From assembly GCA_964617825.1 (NCBI GenBank), contig CAZTWL010000004.1:71546-135545 (forward strand): a stretch of 64,000 nucleotides of DNA, read 5' to 3'. The number at the start of each line of letters is the position of its first letter. The stretch's first letter is position 1. Shown one piece after another: positions 10,652 to 20,349 of this stretch. The DNA comes from an uncultured Verrucomicrobiota bacterium. Its GTDB lineage: Bacteria > Verrucomicrobiota > Kiritimatiellia > JAAZAB01. The notes under the pieces are model-generated. The model was given only the letters and a program-made list of their open reading frames with translations, had not been told where the DNA came from and did not search any database. A program made the position numbers and the translations under genes.

Positions 10652-11794
10652 TTGCCCAAACCAGGCATACCCGATCTTAATGCCGGCTTCCGTCAATCGG
10701 AAGGGACCCTCATTATCGCGCTGCGCGTTATTCCACAGGTCCGTGCGGACGTAGCGCATCAACTCCAAGGCTTCATGTCGCCATATGTCGCCATTCTTGG
10801 AATCGTCCATGTTGGCAAACCGGGTCAAGGCGCTGGCGATAAAAAAGTATTCCGCGGTAAAATACAGGCAAGCAGTGTTATTGACGGCCCAGTTGATTTT
10901 CGTGCCTTTTTTGGTCTGCAACAGAGCGTCACGGCTGAGCCAGACTGCGGCACGCCTCAGGGCAGACAGGATGGAGCGGTTACGATTGTGAGGCGGATAT
11001 GCAGCCGCCTCCACGAGGTATTGCATGCACATGGCATGATGACCGGCATCTTTCCATTTGTCACCGACGCAATAAGGCCATTGCCCATCGCGATCCTGAC
11101 CAGCCAAAAGGTGCTTGATTGCGCGGCCAGCGGCGCTGAGCCAAACCTGTTTTGGCTTGCCACCGTGCTTCGCGAGGTAATAGTAAATGCGCTGGAGCAT
11201 CATGGAAGCCAGAGCCGTGGTGTTCTGACAGTCCCGGTGCGATCCTTCCTCACCCCAATGAATGATGGTTCCTGATTGATCCTTGAATGTGCGCCGATGG
11301 TTCGTGTCGTGGTAAAAAGCGCCTGGTTTCCATTCCAACGTGAGCTCAAAATCGGCCATTTTTTCCAGAGCCGCCAGATCGCGCGTCTGACAATCGAGGC
11401 CCAGTTCATATGCCTTGATCAAATTGGCGGCCACCAACGATGTATTAACGGTTGATCCGTCATCGCTCTGTTTGCGCCCCCGCAATTCCGGATAACCTCC
11501 GTTGGGCTTCTGGACAGAGAGGACGTGATCTCGTGCCAGCGAGGCTTTTTGGCGCCACGCCATGTCGCCTGTGCGGAGATGCTGCCGCATAAACGCGCGC
11601 GCCATGCAAGCAGTGTCACGATTGCAGAACCGATCCTCCGTTGGAAAATAGATCGCACCTCTGTTTGGGTCACCCCGCTTGGCAACCTGATGCTCGGAAA
11701 GCCACGTCACCATCTCTTCGAACATCCCGACCGCCTTTTTGCGGCCAAACTCCTTGATACTGCTCTTTCGAATAATCATACTTGATTTCTTCAC
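10559..11794 (-). CDS. hypothetical protein with prenyltransferase/terpenoid-cyclase-like (alpha/alpha toroid) repeats; possibly a six-hairpin glycosidase-like protein
   Basis: 411 aa. It contains QxxxGGYPE and QDRDGQWPY motifs reminiscent of QW or alpha-alpha-toroid repeats. Its 3' end overlaps the GH78 remnant by ~90 nt. The start is uncertain. Confidence 0.35.
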   Translation of the reverse strand: MKKSSMIIRKSSIKEFGRKKAVGMFEEMVTWLSEHQVAKRGDPNRGAIYFPTEDRFCNRDTACMARAFMRQHLRTGDMAWRQKASLARDHVLSVQKPNGGYPELRGRKQSDDGSTVNTSLVAANLIKAYELGLDCQTRDLAALEKMADFELTLEWKPGAFYHDTNHRRTFKDQSGTIIHWGEEGSHRDCQNTTALASMMLQRIYYYLAKHGGKPKQVWLSAAGRAIKHLLAGQDRDGQWPYCVGDKWKDAGHHAMCMQYLVEAAAYPPHNRNRSILSALRRAAVWLSRDALLQTKKGTKINWAVNNTACLYFTAEYFFIASALTRFANMDDSKNGDIWRHEALELMRYVRTDLWNNAQRDNEGPFRLTEAGIKIGYAWFGQSMGWCVYTLDDLIEGMGWWKLPVNRQTPRP

Positions 11795-11843
11795 TTACAG
11801 TTCTGCGATATGACATAAGAGCTAGTCCGCGAGAGTTTTTTGA

Positions 11844-12713
11844 TCAAGCCCGGCGAAAACAACCGGATTTCCACCGGTCCAAAACGACACAATCCTGTTC
11901 TTCAAAACCTCTGGACACATACGCGGCTTTAACCTCCTCGTATTGCTCCTCCAGGATTCCGGAAAGCACCAGGCCGCTTCCGGGCGCCTTGCTCACAGCG
12001 GCGGCAATCCGATCCGCAAATTGGACAAGGAGCCCCGCCAGCAAGTTGGCCAGGACAAGGTCATAGGGAATTTCGGCTTTATATTCGCCGGCGTCTGCCT
12101 GAACGCATTCAATGCGATCGGCCACCAGATTGCTGGCGGCATTGGCGCGCGCCACGCGCACGGCGGCGGGATCGTTATCCATTGCAGTCACACGCGGGAA
12201 CCCCAACTTGGCGGCGGCAATTGCCAAAATGCCCGTGCCGCACCCCATATCCAGCACAGACGCCTGCGGCTGACGCTGTTGCCAGATATCCAGAAATCTG
12301 AGACAGGCCCGGGTTGTACCATGCAGGCCCGTCCCAAAACTCAGCCCCGGATCAATTTCGACGATGCAATCTTCCGGCTTGGCGTCAAACGATTCCCACG
12401 ACGGCTTGACGACAATTCGCTTCGAAACGCGCTGCGCATGAAAATATTGCTTCCAGCTTTCCGCCCAATCCTGCCGGGCCACCGGCTTGATGGTCGCCGG
12501 TCCAAAACACGCCTGGGGCGCCAGTTTTCGAAGATCGCGCAGACGCGATTCGGCCTCGGCGCGAGTCGCGCAAAAGACTTCCAGTCTCGCAGGTCCTGAG
12601 CCATCCGGCAAATGAACGCCCAAATTCCAATCGGCAAGGGCTTCATTAAGGATGAGCGCAGTTGTTTCATCAGTCGTAATGGCAAGGGTATAGCTGTCGT
12701 AGAGCGCTTTCAT
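11844..12713 (-). CDS. prmA: ribosomal protein L11 methyltransferase PrmA
   Basis: The central block IDPGLSFGTGLHGTTRACL is diagnostic for PrmA. It is followed by an AdoMet-binding motif (VLDMGCGTGILAIAAAKLG). The start was chosen at MKALYD (GGAAAGG upstream); the ORF stays open to 12830, which gives an alternative longer N-terminus. Confidence 0.75.
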   Translation of the reverse strand: MKALYDSYTLAITTDETTALILNEALADWNLGVHLPDGSGPARLEVFCATRAEAESRLRDLRKLAPQACFGPATIKPVARQDWAESWKQYFHAQRVSKRIVVKPSWESFDAKPEDCIVEIDPGLSFGTGLHGTTRACLRFLDIWQQRQPQASVLDMGCGTGILAIAAAKLGFPRVTAMDNDPAAVRVARANAASNLVADRIECVQADAGEYKAEIPYDLVLANLLAGLLVQFADRIAAAVSKAPGSGLVLSGILEEQYEEVKAAYVSRGFEEQDCVVLDRWKSGCFRRA

Positions 12714-13111
12714 GTTTTCTTGTCTGGGCCTTTCCCAGTTCGATATTTCGGCGCACCGGGCCATGTCATCCAGGAATGTCACGATTTCCACCCGGTTCAA
12801 CTCGCGCCGACTCCTACCGGGAAACCGCATAAATAACTCTGTACCTAGGTCATCAGGAACCCCTGCGCTCCAGCCTTCCTCAATGCGGCAACATAACTAT
12901 CCGGCCACTTCAGATTGGCATTCGCTTAACCCTCGCCGAACAGCTTGACGAATATCACAACTCCTCTTTGCCCGTTTGCCATGCCTATCCGGCAAAATAC
13001 ATTGACAGCTCATAGGCAGTCAACTAGATTGTCGCCAAGCTTGATGGTAATGGTTGAAACGTGCCGGGCTATGCGTGATGCATAATGTTATGTTCGGCAA
13101 CAGGAGAAAAC

Positions 13112-13444
13112 ATGATTGGCTACTGCGGCTTGGATTGCGAGCAATGCGAGGCTTTCATTGCCACGCGGAACAACGACAACGCGCTCCGGAGCAAAGTCGC
13201 CGAGCAATGGGCAAGGCAAAACAACGCGCCCATAAAGCCCGAGCACATCAACTGCACCGGATGTCTGTCGACGGGCGTGAAGACCTACTACTGCGAGCAG
13301 CTCTGCAAGACCAGAAAATGCGCGATGAAGAAGTCCGTCAGAACCTGCGCAGACTGCTCTGACTATCCTTGCTCCGTACTTGATCAAATTCTCCGGATGG
13401 CTCCCCAAGCAAAGACAACGCTTGATGCGCTGAGGAAGAAGTAG
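13112..13444 (+). CDS. DUF3795 family cysteine-rich protein
   Basis: MIGYCGLDCEQCEAF with further CxxC pairs matches DUF3795. The ATG is preceded by AGGAGA. Confidence 0.65.
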   Translation: MIGYCGLDCEQCEAFIATRNNDNALRSKVAEQWARQNNAPIKPEHINCTGCLSTGVKTYYCEQLCKTRKCAMKKSVRTCADCSDYPCSVLDQILRMAPQAKTTLDALRKK

Positions 13445-13657
13445 AATGCCGAATCAGTGCATTTAAGCTATCGGCAGTCCGGGGCCGTTCTTACGATGTT
13501 CCGAAGTAGCCCTATCCATCGGCCCGCTGGTTTCCCCTAGCCTTCCTCCCCCTGATCGGTTACCCTTTCAGAGTTGACTTTGAGTAGTAGTTTTACGTAT
13601 TCACGTGTGGGCCGCCTATAGGGAAGTTGCACATTATTTCCGGCGCCAGGGAAGACC

Positions 13658-14719
13658 ATGGAATTGACTGCGATAGGATTTGACGACTGGTTTGAACAAC
13701 GTTCTGCCGCCATCCTGCAGCCGGGACACAGCATCGCGCGCGTCACGGCCGTCGATCGGGGCGCCTTTCTCCTCCGGAGTCATGACGCCGAGATACATGC
13801 GGAACTCGCGGGCAAGTTCCGTTTCGCAGTTGACGCCGCCGCTGATCTGCCGTGTGTGGGCGATTGGGTGTGTATGCAGCGCCATGCCTCGGACGGTCCA
13901 GCCATGATTCATAGCGTCCTTCCAAGGAAAACGTTCCTGCGCCGCAAGTGCCCCGGCAAGCCCATGGATTTCCAAATGATCGCGGCGAACATCGATGTCG
14001 CCTTCATCGTGCAGGCTTGTGGCTACGATTTCAACTTGGCAAGGCTTGACCGATACCTTGTGATGGCCAACGAAGGCGCGATTGAGCCGTGGATACTCCT
14101 GACAAAGACAGACTTGGTGTCGCCGAACGAACTCGATCACACACTGGAACAAATCAGGCGCAGATGCACTTTTGTCAACGCCGTGGCGCTCAGCAACATA
14201 ACGGGCTTCGGCTTGGACCAGTTGCGCGCGCTTCTCTTCTCAGGGCGAACATATTGCCTGCTGGGCTCCTCTGGAGTCGGGAAAACCACGCTTATCAACC
14301 GATTGATTGGTTGCGACGCATTTGTGACAAGCACTGTCAGCAGAACGGGAGAAGGCGTCCATACCACTTCGCGGCGCCAGTTACTTATGTTGGATGGTGG
14401 CGCCATGTTGATCGACACGCCGGGGATACGCGAGTTGGGCCTTCTTGAGGCGGACGATGGACTGGACGACACGTTTGCCGATATTCACGAGCAATCCGCA
14501 GGCTGTCGCTTTGCGGATTGCACCCACACCAACGAACCTGGCTGCTCAGTTCTTTTGGCAGTCGAAAATGACGTCATCAGTGAAGACAGATTCCAGAGCT
14601 ATCTCAAACTCAAGAAAGAAGCCGAGTTCCATAATCTCTCCTACGTCGAGAAGCGAAAGAAGGACAGATCATTCGGTCGGTTTATAAAGACCGTCAAAAA
14701 GAGCATGCGGAAGCATTAA
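13658..14719 (+). CDS. rsgA: ribosome small-subunit-dependent GTPase A
   Basis: It shows a circularly permuted GTPase: G4 TKTD lies before the G1 P-loop GSSGVGKTTLIN. The C-terminal zinc knuckle is CRFADCTHTNEPGC. Confidence 0.9.
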   Translation: MELTAIGFDDWFEQRSAAILQPGHSIARVTAVDRGAFLLRSHDAEIHAELAGKFRFAVDAAADLPCVGDWVCMQRHASDGPAMIHSVLPRKTFLRRKCPGKPMDFQMIAANIDVAFIVQACGYDFNLARLDRYLVMANEGAIEPWILLTKTDLVSPNELDHTLEQIRRRCTFVNAVALSNITGFGLDQLRALLFSGRTYCLLGSSGVGKTTLINRLIGCDAFVTSTVSRTGEGVHTTSRRQLLMLDGGAMLIDTPGIRELGLLEADDGLDDTFADIHEQSAGCRFADCTHTNEPGCSVLLAVENDVISEDRFQSYLKLKKEAEFHNLSYVEKRKKDRSFGRFIKTVKKSMRKH

Positions 14720-14928
14720 AAAGACACAGAATCGGCTCGCCAGGCCCCGTGAAGGCCAACCCGGCTGCCACACCACTTGTCAAAGCTCTTTTAATCGGAA
14801 GAATTAATTGTTATGGTCGTGGGCAACAAATGAAGAACAAACGTCTTGATTAAAAGAATCGAATCGGCTTCAGACGACGCCTCTCCGGCGCGCGGCTAAT
14901 CTTTAACGTTCGCCACTGAGGAATAATC

Positions 14929-16551
14929 GTGAAAATTGTAATACTCCAACCGCCCTATCCGACCGAAGGCACCCCAGCCAGTGCCGAGGATTGTCTTCGC
15001 TGGATATTGGACCGGATTGATGCCCTGAACCCCCGCGAACAAGACTTGGTGCTCTTGCCGGAATACGCCAATGTGCCGGGCCTGAGTGATCGGCAGACGA
15101 TTCGGCAGTTTGCCGCGGGTCAAGGTGCGGACTTTGTGCAGGCAATCGCCGCTTCGGCGAAGCGCCTAGATAGCATGATCGTTTTGGCTGTCCTTGCGCA
15201 AAGTGGATCACGCTGGCTCAATCAAACTCTGGTATTCAATACCAAGGGACAGGTCGCATTCACCTACGACAAGATGCACCTCACGGATGTGGAGAGAAAC
15301 GAACTTGATTTGACTCCGGGCGCAGAAATAATAGTGTTTGAGCATGCCGGTGTTCGCGTAGGGTTTGCCACCTGCTTCGATCTATACTTTCCAGAGCATT
15401 TTGAGTCCTTGGCCGCGCAACATGTGGATATCGTGCTTTGCCCAAGCTACCAGCGCTCCGAATCCAGCGAGCGCATTCGTCTCATCGCGCAGGCCCGCGC
15501 CCTTGACAGCGGCGCTTACGTGATCCGCAGTTCCTACTCCATGGGAAAGTCGAATATAGGAGGTTGTTCTCTCGTTGCCACACCCAATGGAGCGTTGCTG
15601 GCCGATGCGGGCGATGGGACATGTGTTCTGAGGGCCGAAATAGACCCAAAGCATAAGTTCATAAAACCTGCTTCCCACGGTCGGCATGCTGTGGAGCACA
15701 GAACGCTGATTGAAGCGCACCGACGGCCTGCGGCCTATCGGCCACATACGGAACGCATACAACGACTCGCAGGAATTCCGTTTCCCCGTCTTTGCGCTCA
15801 TCGGGGACTTAGTCGCGCCTGCCCTGAAAACACTTTGCCCGCCTTTGCCGCCGCGATTGCCGTGGGAGCCGACGAAATCGAATTTGACTTATGGATGAGT
15901 TGCGACCGGGTAGCGGTGGTTTGCCACGATGATACCGTTGACCGCACCACCGATGGCAAAGGGAAAATATCCGAGATGACTTGGGACGATATTCGGCGGC
16001 TTGATGCCGGCGTTAAGCATGGCGCAAACGACAGTTCCAGTCCGGATAAGCTGAATGATGCATGGCGCGGCACCCGCATACCGCGCTTGGAGGAAGTGTT
16101 AGAGCTGGTTGACGGACGGATCGGATTAAACATTCATATTAAGGATGCCGGCCCCGACGGCTGGCTGGTAAAAATGGTCTGCGATATCCTGCGCCAGCAG
16201 GCGCTGTTGGATATTGCGTACATTGCCGGATGCACCGAGGCTGTTCTCAAAAAAACTTGTGATTATGCGCCTGAAATGACGCGCGCCTGTCTCCTTGGAC
16301 AGAACAACGTTTCCCGACAGATTGAACTAGCGCAGAAATATGACTGTCAACGGATCCAAATAGGGGGAAGCGTAAATGAAAGCCAGATCAAATGCGCGCA
16401 CGACGCGGGATTGATCTGCAACTATTTCTGGTCGGATGACGCGGCGGAAGCCAAAGAGTATGTAAAAAAGGGGATAGACGTGATCCTCACAAACTGCGCG
16501 CACACGATGATCGCCGATGGCTTCCATGCCTTGCGGCAATTTTCCGGCTAA
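14929..16551 (+). CDS. fusion protein: N-terminal carbon-nitrogen hydrolase (nitrilase superfamily) + C-terminal glycerophosphodiester phosphodiesterase (GDPD) domain
   Basis: GTG start preceded by GAGGAA. The N-terminal ~260 aa have CN-hydrolase character (LLPEYANVPG, GFATCFDLYFPE). The C-terminal ~255 aa carry GDPD motifs (LCAHRGLS...ENTLPAF, EFDLWMSCDRVAVVCHDDTVDRTTDGKG). Confidence 0.7.
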   Translation: MKIVILQPPYPTEGTPASAEDCLRWILDRIDALNPREQDLVLLPEYANVPGLSDRQTIRQFAAGQGADFVQAIAASAKRLDSMIVLAVLAQSGSRWLNQTLVFNTKGQVAFTYDKMHLTDVERNELDLTPGAEIIVFEHAGVRVGFATCFDLYFPEHFESLAAQHVDIVLCPSYQRSESSERIRLIAQARALDSGAYVIRSSYSMGKSNIGGCSLVATPNGALLADAGDGTCVLRAEIDPKHKFIKPASHGRHAVEHRTLIEAHRRPAAYRPHTERIQRLAGIPFPRLCAHRGLSRACPENTLPAFAAAIAVGADEIEFDLWMSCDRVAVVCHDDTVDRTTDGKGKISEMTWDDIRRLDAGVKHGANDSSSPDKLNDAWRGTRIPRLEEVLELVDGRIGLNIHIKDAGPDGWLVKMVCDILRQQALLDIAYIAGCTEAVLKKTCDYAPEMTRACLLGQNNVSRQIELAQKYDCQRIQIGGSVNESQIKCAHDAGLICNYFWSDDAAEAKEYVKKGIDVILTNCAHTMIADGFHALRQFSG

Positions 16552-16767
16552 TCGGCTCGCCGGGACTGACCTCTGCGGGCCAGCCCGGCCGCCACACCAC
16601 CTCGGCAGGCAGGTCCGCACCGGGCGCTTCCGAGCAGCCTTCGCCAACGGCTACAGCCGCCGCGTCAGCCCCAAGCCTTTGGAAGAATAATCCCGGTTGC
16701 ACTTGCTTCGGCAGGCGCCTGACAGTAAGATGAGCAGCAAAAAAGAATATTCATTCGCAAAGCGCAA

Positions 16768-17772
16768 GTGATGCAAGGGCTAAAACATCCAAGTATTTTG
16801 TCAATCCGGGAATGGGCCGCCTGGCGCAAAGGTGTGGCCGATGCCGGCGGAACGGTGGCGGTGGTCACGGGGACATTCGCCCTGTTGCACCCCGGCAATC
16901 TGGCCACCGTCAGGGAAGCCGCGCGCCAGGCCAGCGATGTCTGTGTTCTCATTCGCCCTGACGATCCTTCTATGCCAAGGGCTTCTGTGCCCAGCATAGC
17001 CGTGCGTCTCGAAGTGGCGGCCCATCTGCGCTCGGTTTCCATGGTTGCCGCATGTTCTTCCTACGAAGCTGCCACGGCCTTAGACCAATTGCGGCCCTTT
17101 ACGCTCGTGGATTGCCTCAAACAAAAGGAAGCCGGCGCCATTGCCACGGCGGCAGTTGCCACGCATGCGCGTAAACTGGCGGACCGCGTCGTGGACCTCG
17201 CGCCGGTCCCCGGTTGCTTTACAGCCGATATTCAAAAGGCCATCCAGAAAGGGCATACTCCGATAGCGATTCCGGAAGACAACATGTTGCCCCAGCCGAC
17301 CGATCAGGACCTTGACCGGTTTCTGAATGCCGGGGCCAAAGGGAGGCTGCTGATCACGGTAAACGGATGCTTTGACGTTCTGCACTTGGGACACATGCGA
17401 CTGCTGGAAAGGGCAAGAAACCTGGGCGCACGCCTGCTGGTGCTGGTCAATGACGACGGCTCCGTCCGACGCTACAAAGGGGTCAAGCGCCCGATCTTTC
17501 CAATCCGGTTTCGACTGCATGCGCTCAGCGCGCTCGATCCCGTTGACCTGGCATATCCATTTTCCGGCGACAACCCCCTGTCACTGCTGGCCAAGATACG
17601 GCCGGATATCCATGTCAAGGGCGGGTCATTCGAAGAAGCGCGCGTTAGCGACGAAAGACGCCTGGTGGAAAGCTGGGGCGGCCGCCTGGCAATTATTCCC
17701 CTGGTGGAAGGCTTCAGCACCACCAATGTCATAAGCCGGATGGCCGGCAAGAACGCTGTATCCGGCAAGTGA
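16768..17772 (+). CDS. tandem cytidylyltransferase-like protein (two HldE/RfaE domain-II-like adenylyltransferase domains; the first is degenerate)
   Basis: The second domain has canonical motifs (NGCFDVLHLGHMRLLERARNLGARLLVLVNDDGSV...RP, IRPDIHVKGG). The first domain shows the same pattern but has LHPGN in place of HxGH. No sugar-kinase domain is present. The start is GTG-ATG at 16768/16771. Confidence 0.6.
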   Translation: MMQGLKHPSILSIREWAAWRKGVADAGGTVAVVTGTFALLHPGNLATVREAARQASDVCVLIRPDDPSMPRASVPSIAVRLEVAAHLRSVSMVAACSSYEAATALDQLRPFTLVDCLKQKEAGAIATAAVATHARKLADRVVDLAPVPGCFTADIQKAIQKGHTPIAIPEDNMLPQPTDQDLDRFLNAGAKGRLLITVNGCFDVLHLGHMRLLERARNLGARLLVLVNDDGSVRRYKGVKRPIFPIRFRLHALSALDPVDLAYPFSGDNPLSLLAKIRPDIHVKGGSFEEARVSDERRLVESWGGRLAIIPLVEGFSTTNVISRMAGKNAVSGK

Positions 17773-17899
17773 CCTCGCCGAAAAGATCCTTCCGTTTTAA
17801 CCTCAAAGAAGGCCCATGGCGCCACAAGCTTGCCGTGGCGGCCACTGCGCTTTTTTCGGCCAAAGAACTCCGATCCGGCTATATCGACCGGAACGAAAT

Positions 17900-18430
17900 T
17901 CAGCAACCTTCATATACAATGGCCGAAAACACGGGATAGCCCGCCAGTTTGGCTCGGCCTTTCAGGCCGGCCAGTTCGATCAGGAACGCAATCTCGACAA
18001 TCTTGCCGCCCAAGCGTTCAATCAATCTGGCACAGGCCGCAGCCGTGCCTCCGGTAGCCAGGAGATCGTCGACAATAAGGATCGAATCGCCCTTTTTCAC
18101 GGCATCCACGTGTGCACTAATGGTGGCCGAGCCATATTCCAAGTCGTAGGATTCATCGATGGTGGTAAACGGTAGTTTGCCTTTTTTACGAATGGGAATG
18201 AAACCCGCGCCAAGCTTCAGGGCAACGGCCGCGCCGAAAATAAATCCACGCGCGTCGATGGCCGCAACGGCTTTGGGCTTCTGCTTGGCATGCCGCTCGC
18301 AGAAAATGTCAACCGATTGCTGGAACAACTTGGCATCCGCCAGAATCGGGGTGATGTCGTAAAACAAAATCCCCGGCTTGGGAAAATCCGGCACTTCTCG
18401 AATGGCTTTTTTAAGCGTGTCACAATTCAT
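17900..18430 (-). CDS. apt: adenine phosphoribosyltransferase
   Basis: 176 aa with a PRTase motif (ILIVDDLLATGGTAAA) and N-terminal FPKPGILFYDITP typical of Apt. Confidence 0.9.
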   Translation of the reverse strand: MNCDTLKKAIREVPDFPKPGILFYDITPILADAKLFQQSVDIFCERHAKQKPKAVAAIDARGFIFGAAVALKLGAGFIPIRKKGKLPFTTIDESYDLEYGSATISAHVDAVKKGDSILIVDDLLATGGTAAACARLIERLGGKIVEIAFLIELAGLKGRAKLAGYPVFSAIVYEGC

Positions 18431-18480
18431 CTTCTATTCTCCTTCATGCTTTAGCGAACACTCCAGCAATGTAATTCATC

Positions 18481-19221
18481 CTACACATCCGCATCCCAGG
18501 GAACAATCATTTTTATCGTCTCCGACGCGGCCAGCAGCCCGAAAATGCCTGTGGCATAGGAAAGGCTGCCTATCGGTTTCCGCGGCCGGCCCTTCGCAAA
18601 TGTTTCCGGCTCATCGGCAACCGGTGCCGCCGTATTGCGGGGAGCTTCGATGGAGTAGATGCAACGGACACCGTGATTAACGCCGGCGGCTCTGAGTTTC
18701 TTGCGCACGAATCTTGCCAGTGGACATACATTCGTTTCAGAAATATCGCCGACGCGAATCAGGGAAGGATCGAGGCGGGTGGCCGCACCCATGCTGGCGA
18801 CGACCTTCAAGCCGGCATGCACCGCCGTTGCAATCAGCATTGCCTTGGGGGCCACGCTGTCGATGGCATCCACGACCACATCGATAGGCGGCGCCAGCAG
18901 ATCCTTTGCGGTGGAACCATCCACGAACGCCTGGCGCGCATCTACCTTGCAGTTTGGATTGATGTCGAGCACCCGCGCGCGGGCCACCGCGGCTTTCGGT
19001 TTATTCAGGGTGGATTCCAAGGCATAAAGCTGACGGTTGAAGTTGCTGGGGTGCACAACGTCGCAATCCACCAGCCGCAGGTAGCCGATTCCGGCGCGCG
19101 CCAGGGCTTCCACGGCATACGAGCCTACCGCTCCCAGTCCGAAGACCGCTACGCGCGCGTTTTTCAGCTTTTCCAGCGCCGGGCGCCCAAGTAATTGCTC
19201 TATGCGACAAAATCGGTTCAT
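18481..19221 (-). CDS. tcdA: tRNA threonylcarbamoyladenosine dehydratase (ThiF/MoeB E1-like family)
   Basis: 246 aa. It has the Rossmann motif VAVFGLGAVGSYAVEALARAGIG and TcdA/CsdL-like length and layout. Confidence 0.75.
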   Translation of the reverse strand: MNRFCRIEQLLGRPALEKLKNARVAVFGLGAVGSYAVEALARAGIGYLRLVDCDVVHPSNFNRQLYALESTLNKPKAAVARARVLDINPNCKVDARQAFVDGSTAKDLLAPPIDVVVDAIDSVAPKAMLIATAVHAGLKVVASMGAATRLDPSLIRVGDISETNVCPLARFVRKKLRAAGVNHGVRCIYSIEAPRNTAAPVADEPETFAKGRPRKPIGSLSYATGIFGLLAASETIKMIVPWDADV

Positions 19222-19278
19222 TTTAAGTTATAAGCTGGCGATCCGCATCGCGAACGCCATTGATTTGCATTCCAACGT

Positions 19279-20085
19279 TCACGTTTTCATCGATCCATTG
19301 CCGTTTGGCAATGGTTGGACAATTCCGGCAAACAGCCGCCCGGCATTGGCAAACGTATGATCCGACACCCACTCCGGCGACCGCTCCAGGATTTGCGCCG
19401 CGCACGCGGCCACCAACGCCAAATTAGCCGGCTCATTGGCGGCATCCGCCAAGCCCACCGGCAGCAGGTCGGGGCTGTCGGTTTCAATCAGCAGGCGTCC
19501 GGGAGACACGGCCTTCAAAGCCTGCCGGGCGCGTTTGTTTTCCGGACGCGTAATAGCTCCGCTAAAAGAAATATACCACCCCATTTCTTCCAGCGGCTTC
19601 ACAAGTTCCGCGGAGCCCGAGTATGAATGAATCAGACCAAGCCAGGGGCCCCCGCCTTCCCGGTCCAGAATCGAGAGTAGCCGACCCCAGGCTTTGCGGC
19701 AATGGATACTGAGCGGCCGCTGCAACTTACGGGCCAGACGCAGTTGGGCCAGGAATACGGATTCCTGCTCCTCATCAACGCGGGGAACCACGGCGTGATC
19801 GAGGCCGATCTCGCCCACCCCCGAAGGTTGGGCCGCCAAATAGCGCTCTAGCACCTCGATCCAATTTCCGCTGCGCCCTTGCATATGCCAGGGATGAATA
19901 CCGAAAGAAGGCACAATTTCCCGATGGGTCCGCGCCAAGTCCAGAACAGTATTCCAATTGGCTTCATTACAACCGCAACACAGCATGCGCCTTACCTCCG
20001 CCTGCTCCGCACGCCGTAAAACCGCCGGCAGGTCGTTAGCCAGCCGTTCGTCTTCTAAATGGCAATGCGCATCGAATAGAGGCAT
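19279..20085 (-). CDS. TatD family metal-dependent hydrolase
   Basis: 268 aa with N-terminal FDAHCHL and conserved His/Asp/Glu positions of TatD (SFGIHPW, EIGLD). Confidence 0.8.
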   Translation of the reverse strand: MPLFDAHCHLEDERLANDLPAVLRRAEQAEVRRMLCCGCNEANWNTVLDLARTHREIVPSFGIHPWHMQGRSGNWIEVLERYLAAQPSGVGEIGLDHAVVPRVDEEQESVFLAQLRLARKLQRPLSIHCRKAWGRLLSILDREGGGPWLGLIHSYSGSAELVKPLEEMGWYISFSGAITRPENKRARQALKAVSPGRLLIETDSPDLLPVGLADAANEPANLALVAACAAQILERSPEWVSDHTFANAGRLFAGIVQPLPNGNGSMKT

Positions 20086-20349
20086 AAATGCACCCGCAGA
20101 ACGTATTTCCGGTCAGCGCAATCAAGAAAACCATCCGCTTTTGCGGCAGCTGACTGCCGCCCGAATTTTTATCCCTTTACAGGAAACCAGGCGGAAATGC
20201 ATCATGTTTTCTTATTTGTACCCGAGTCCTGAACGTCAACAGCGCTTAGCATTTAGGATTTGACCGGGCAGCACACTTGTAATACAAAGTTGACCAAGTC
20301 TCAAGAAATCGCCTAGACAAAGCCGGCACTAACGGAAACAAATATATTC

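Noticed and set aside
12980-13025. Possible sigma70-like promoter (TTGACA ...17 nt... TAGATT) upstream of the DUF3795 gene
   Set aside because: It is a single consensus-like hit in a GC-rich genome whose promoter rules are unknown. It is too weak to call as a feature.
17830-17880. GCCAC...GTGGC hairpin with downstream TTTTTTC between 17772 and apt
   Set aside because: The stem is short (5 bp) and 11 nt separate the stem from the T-tract. It is not a convincing intrinsic terminator.
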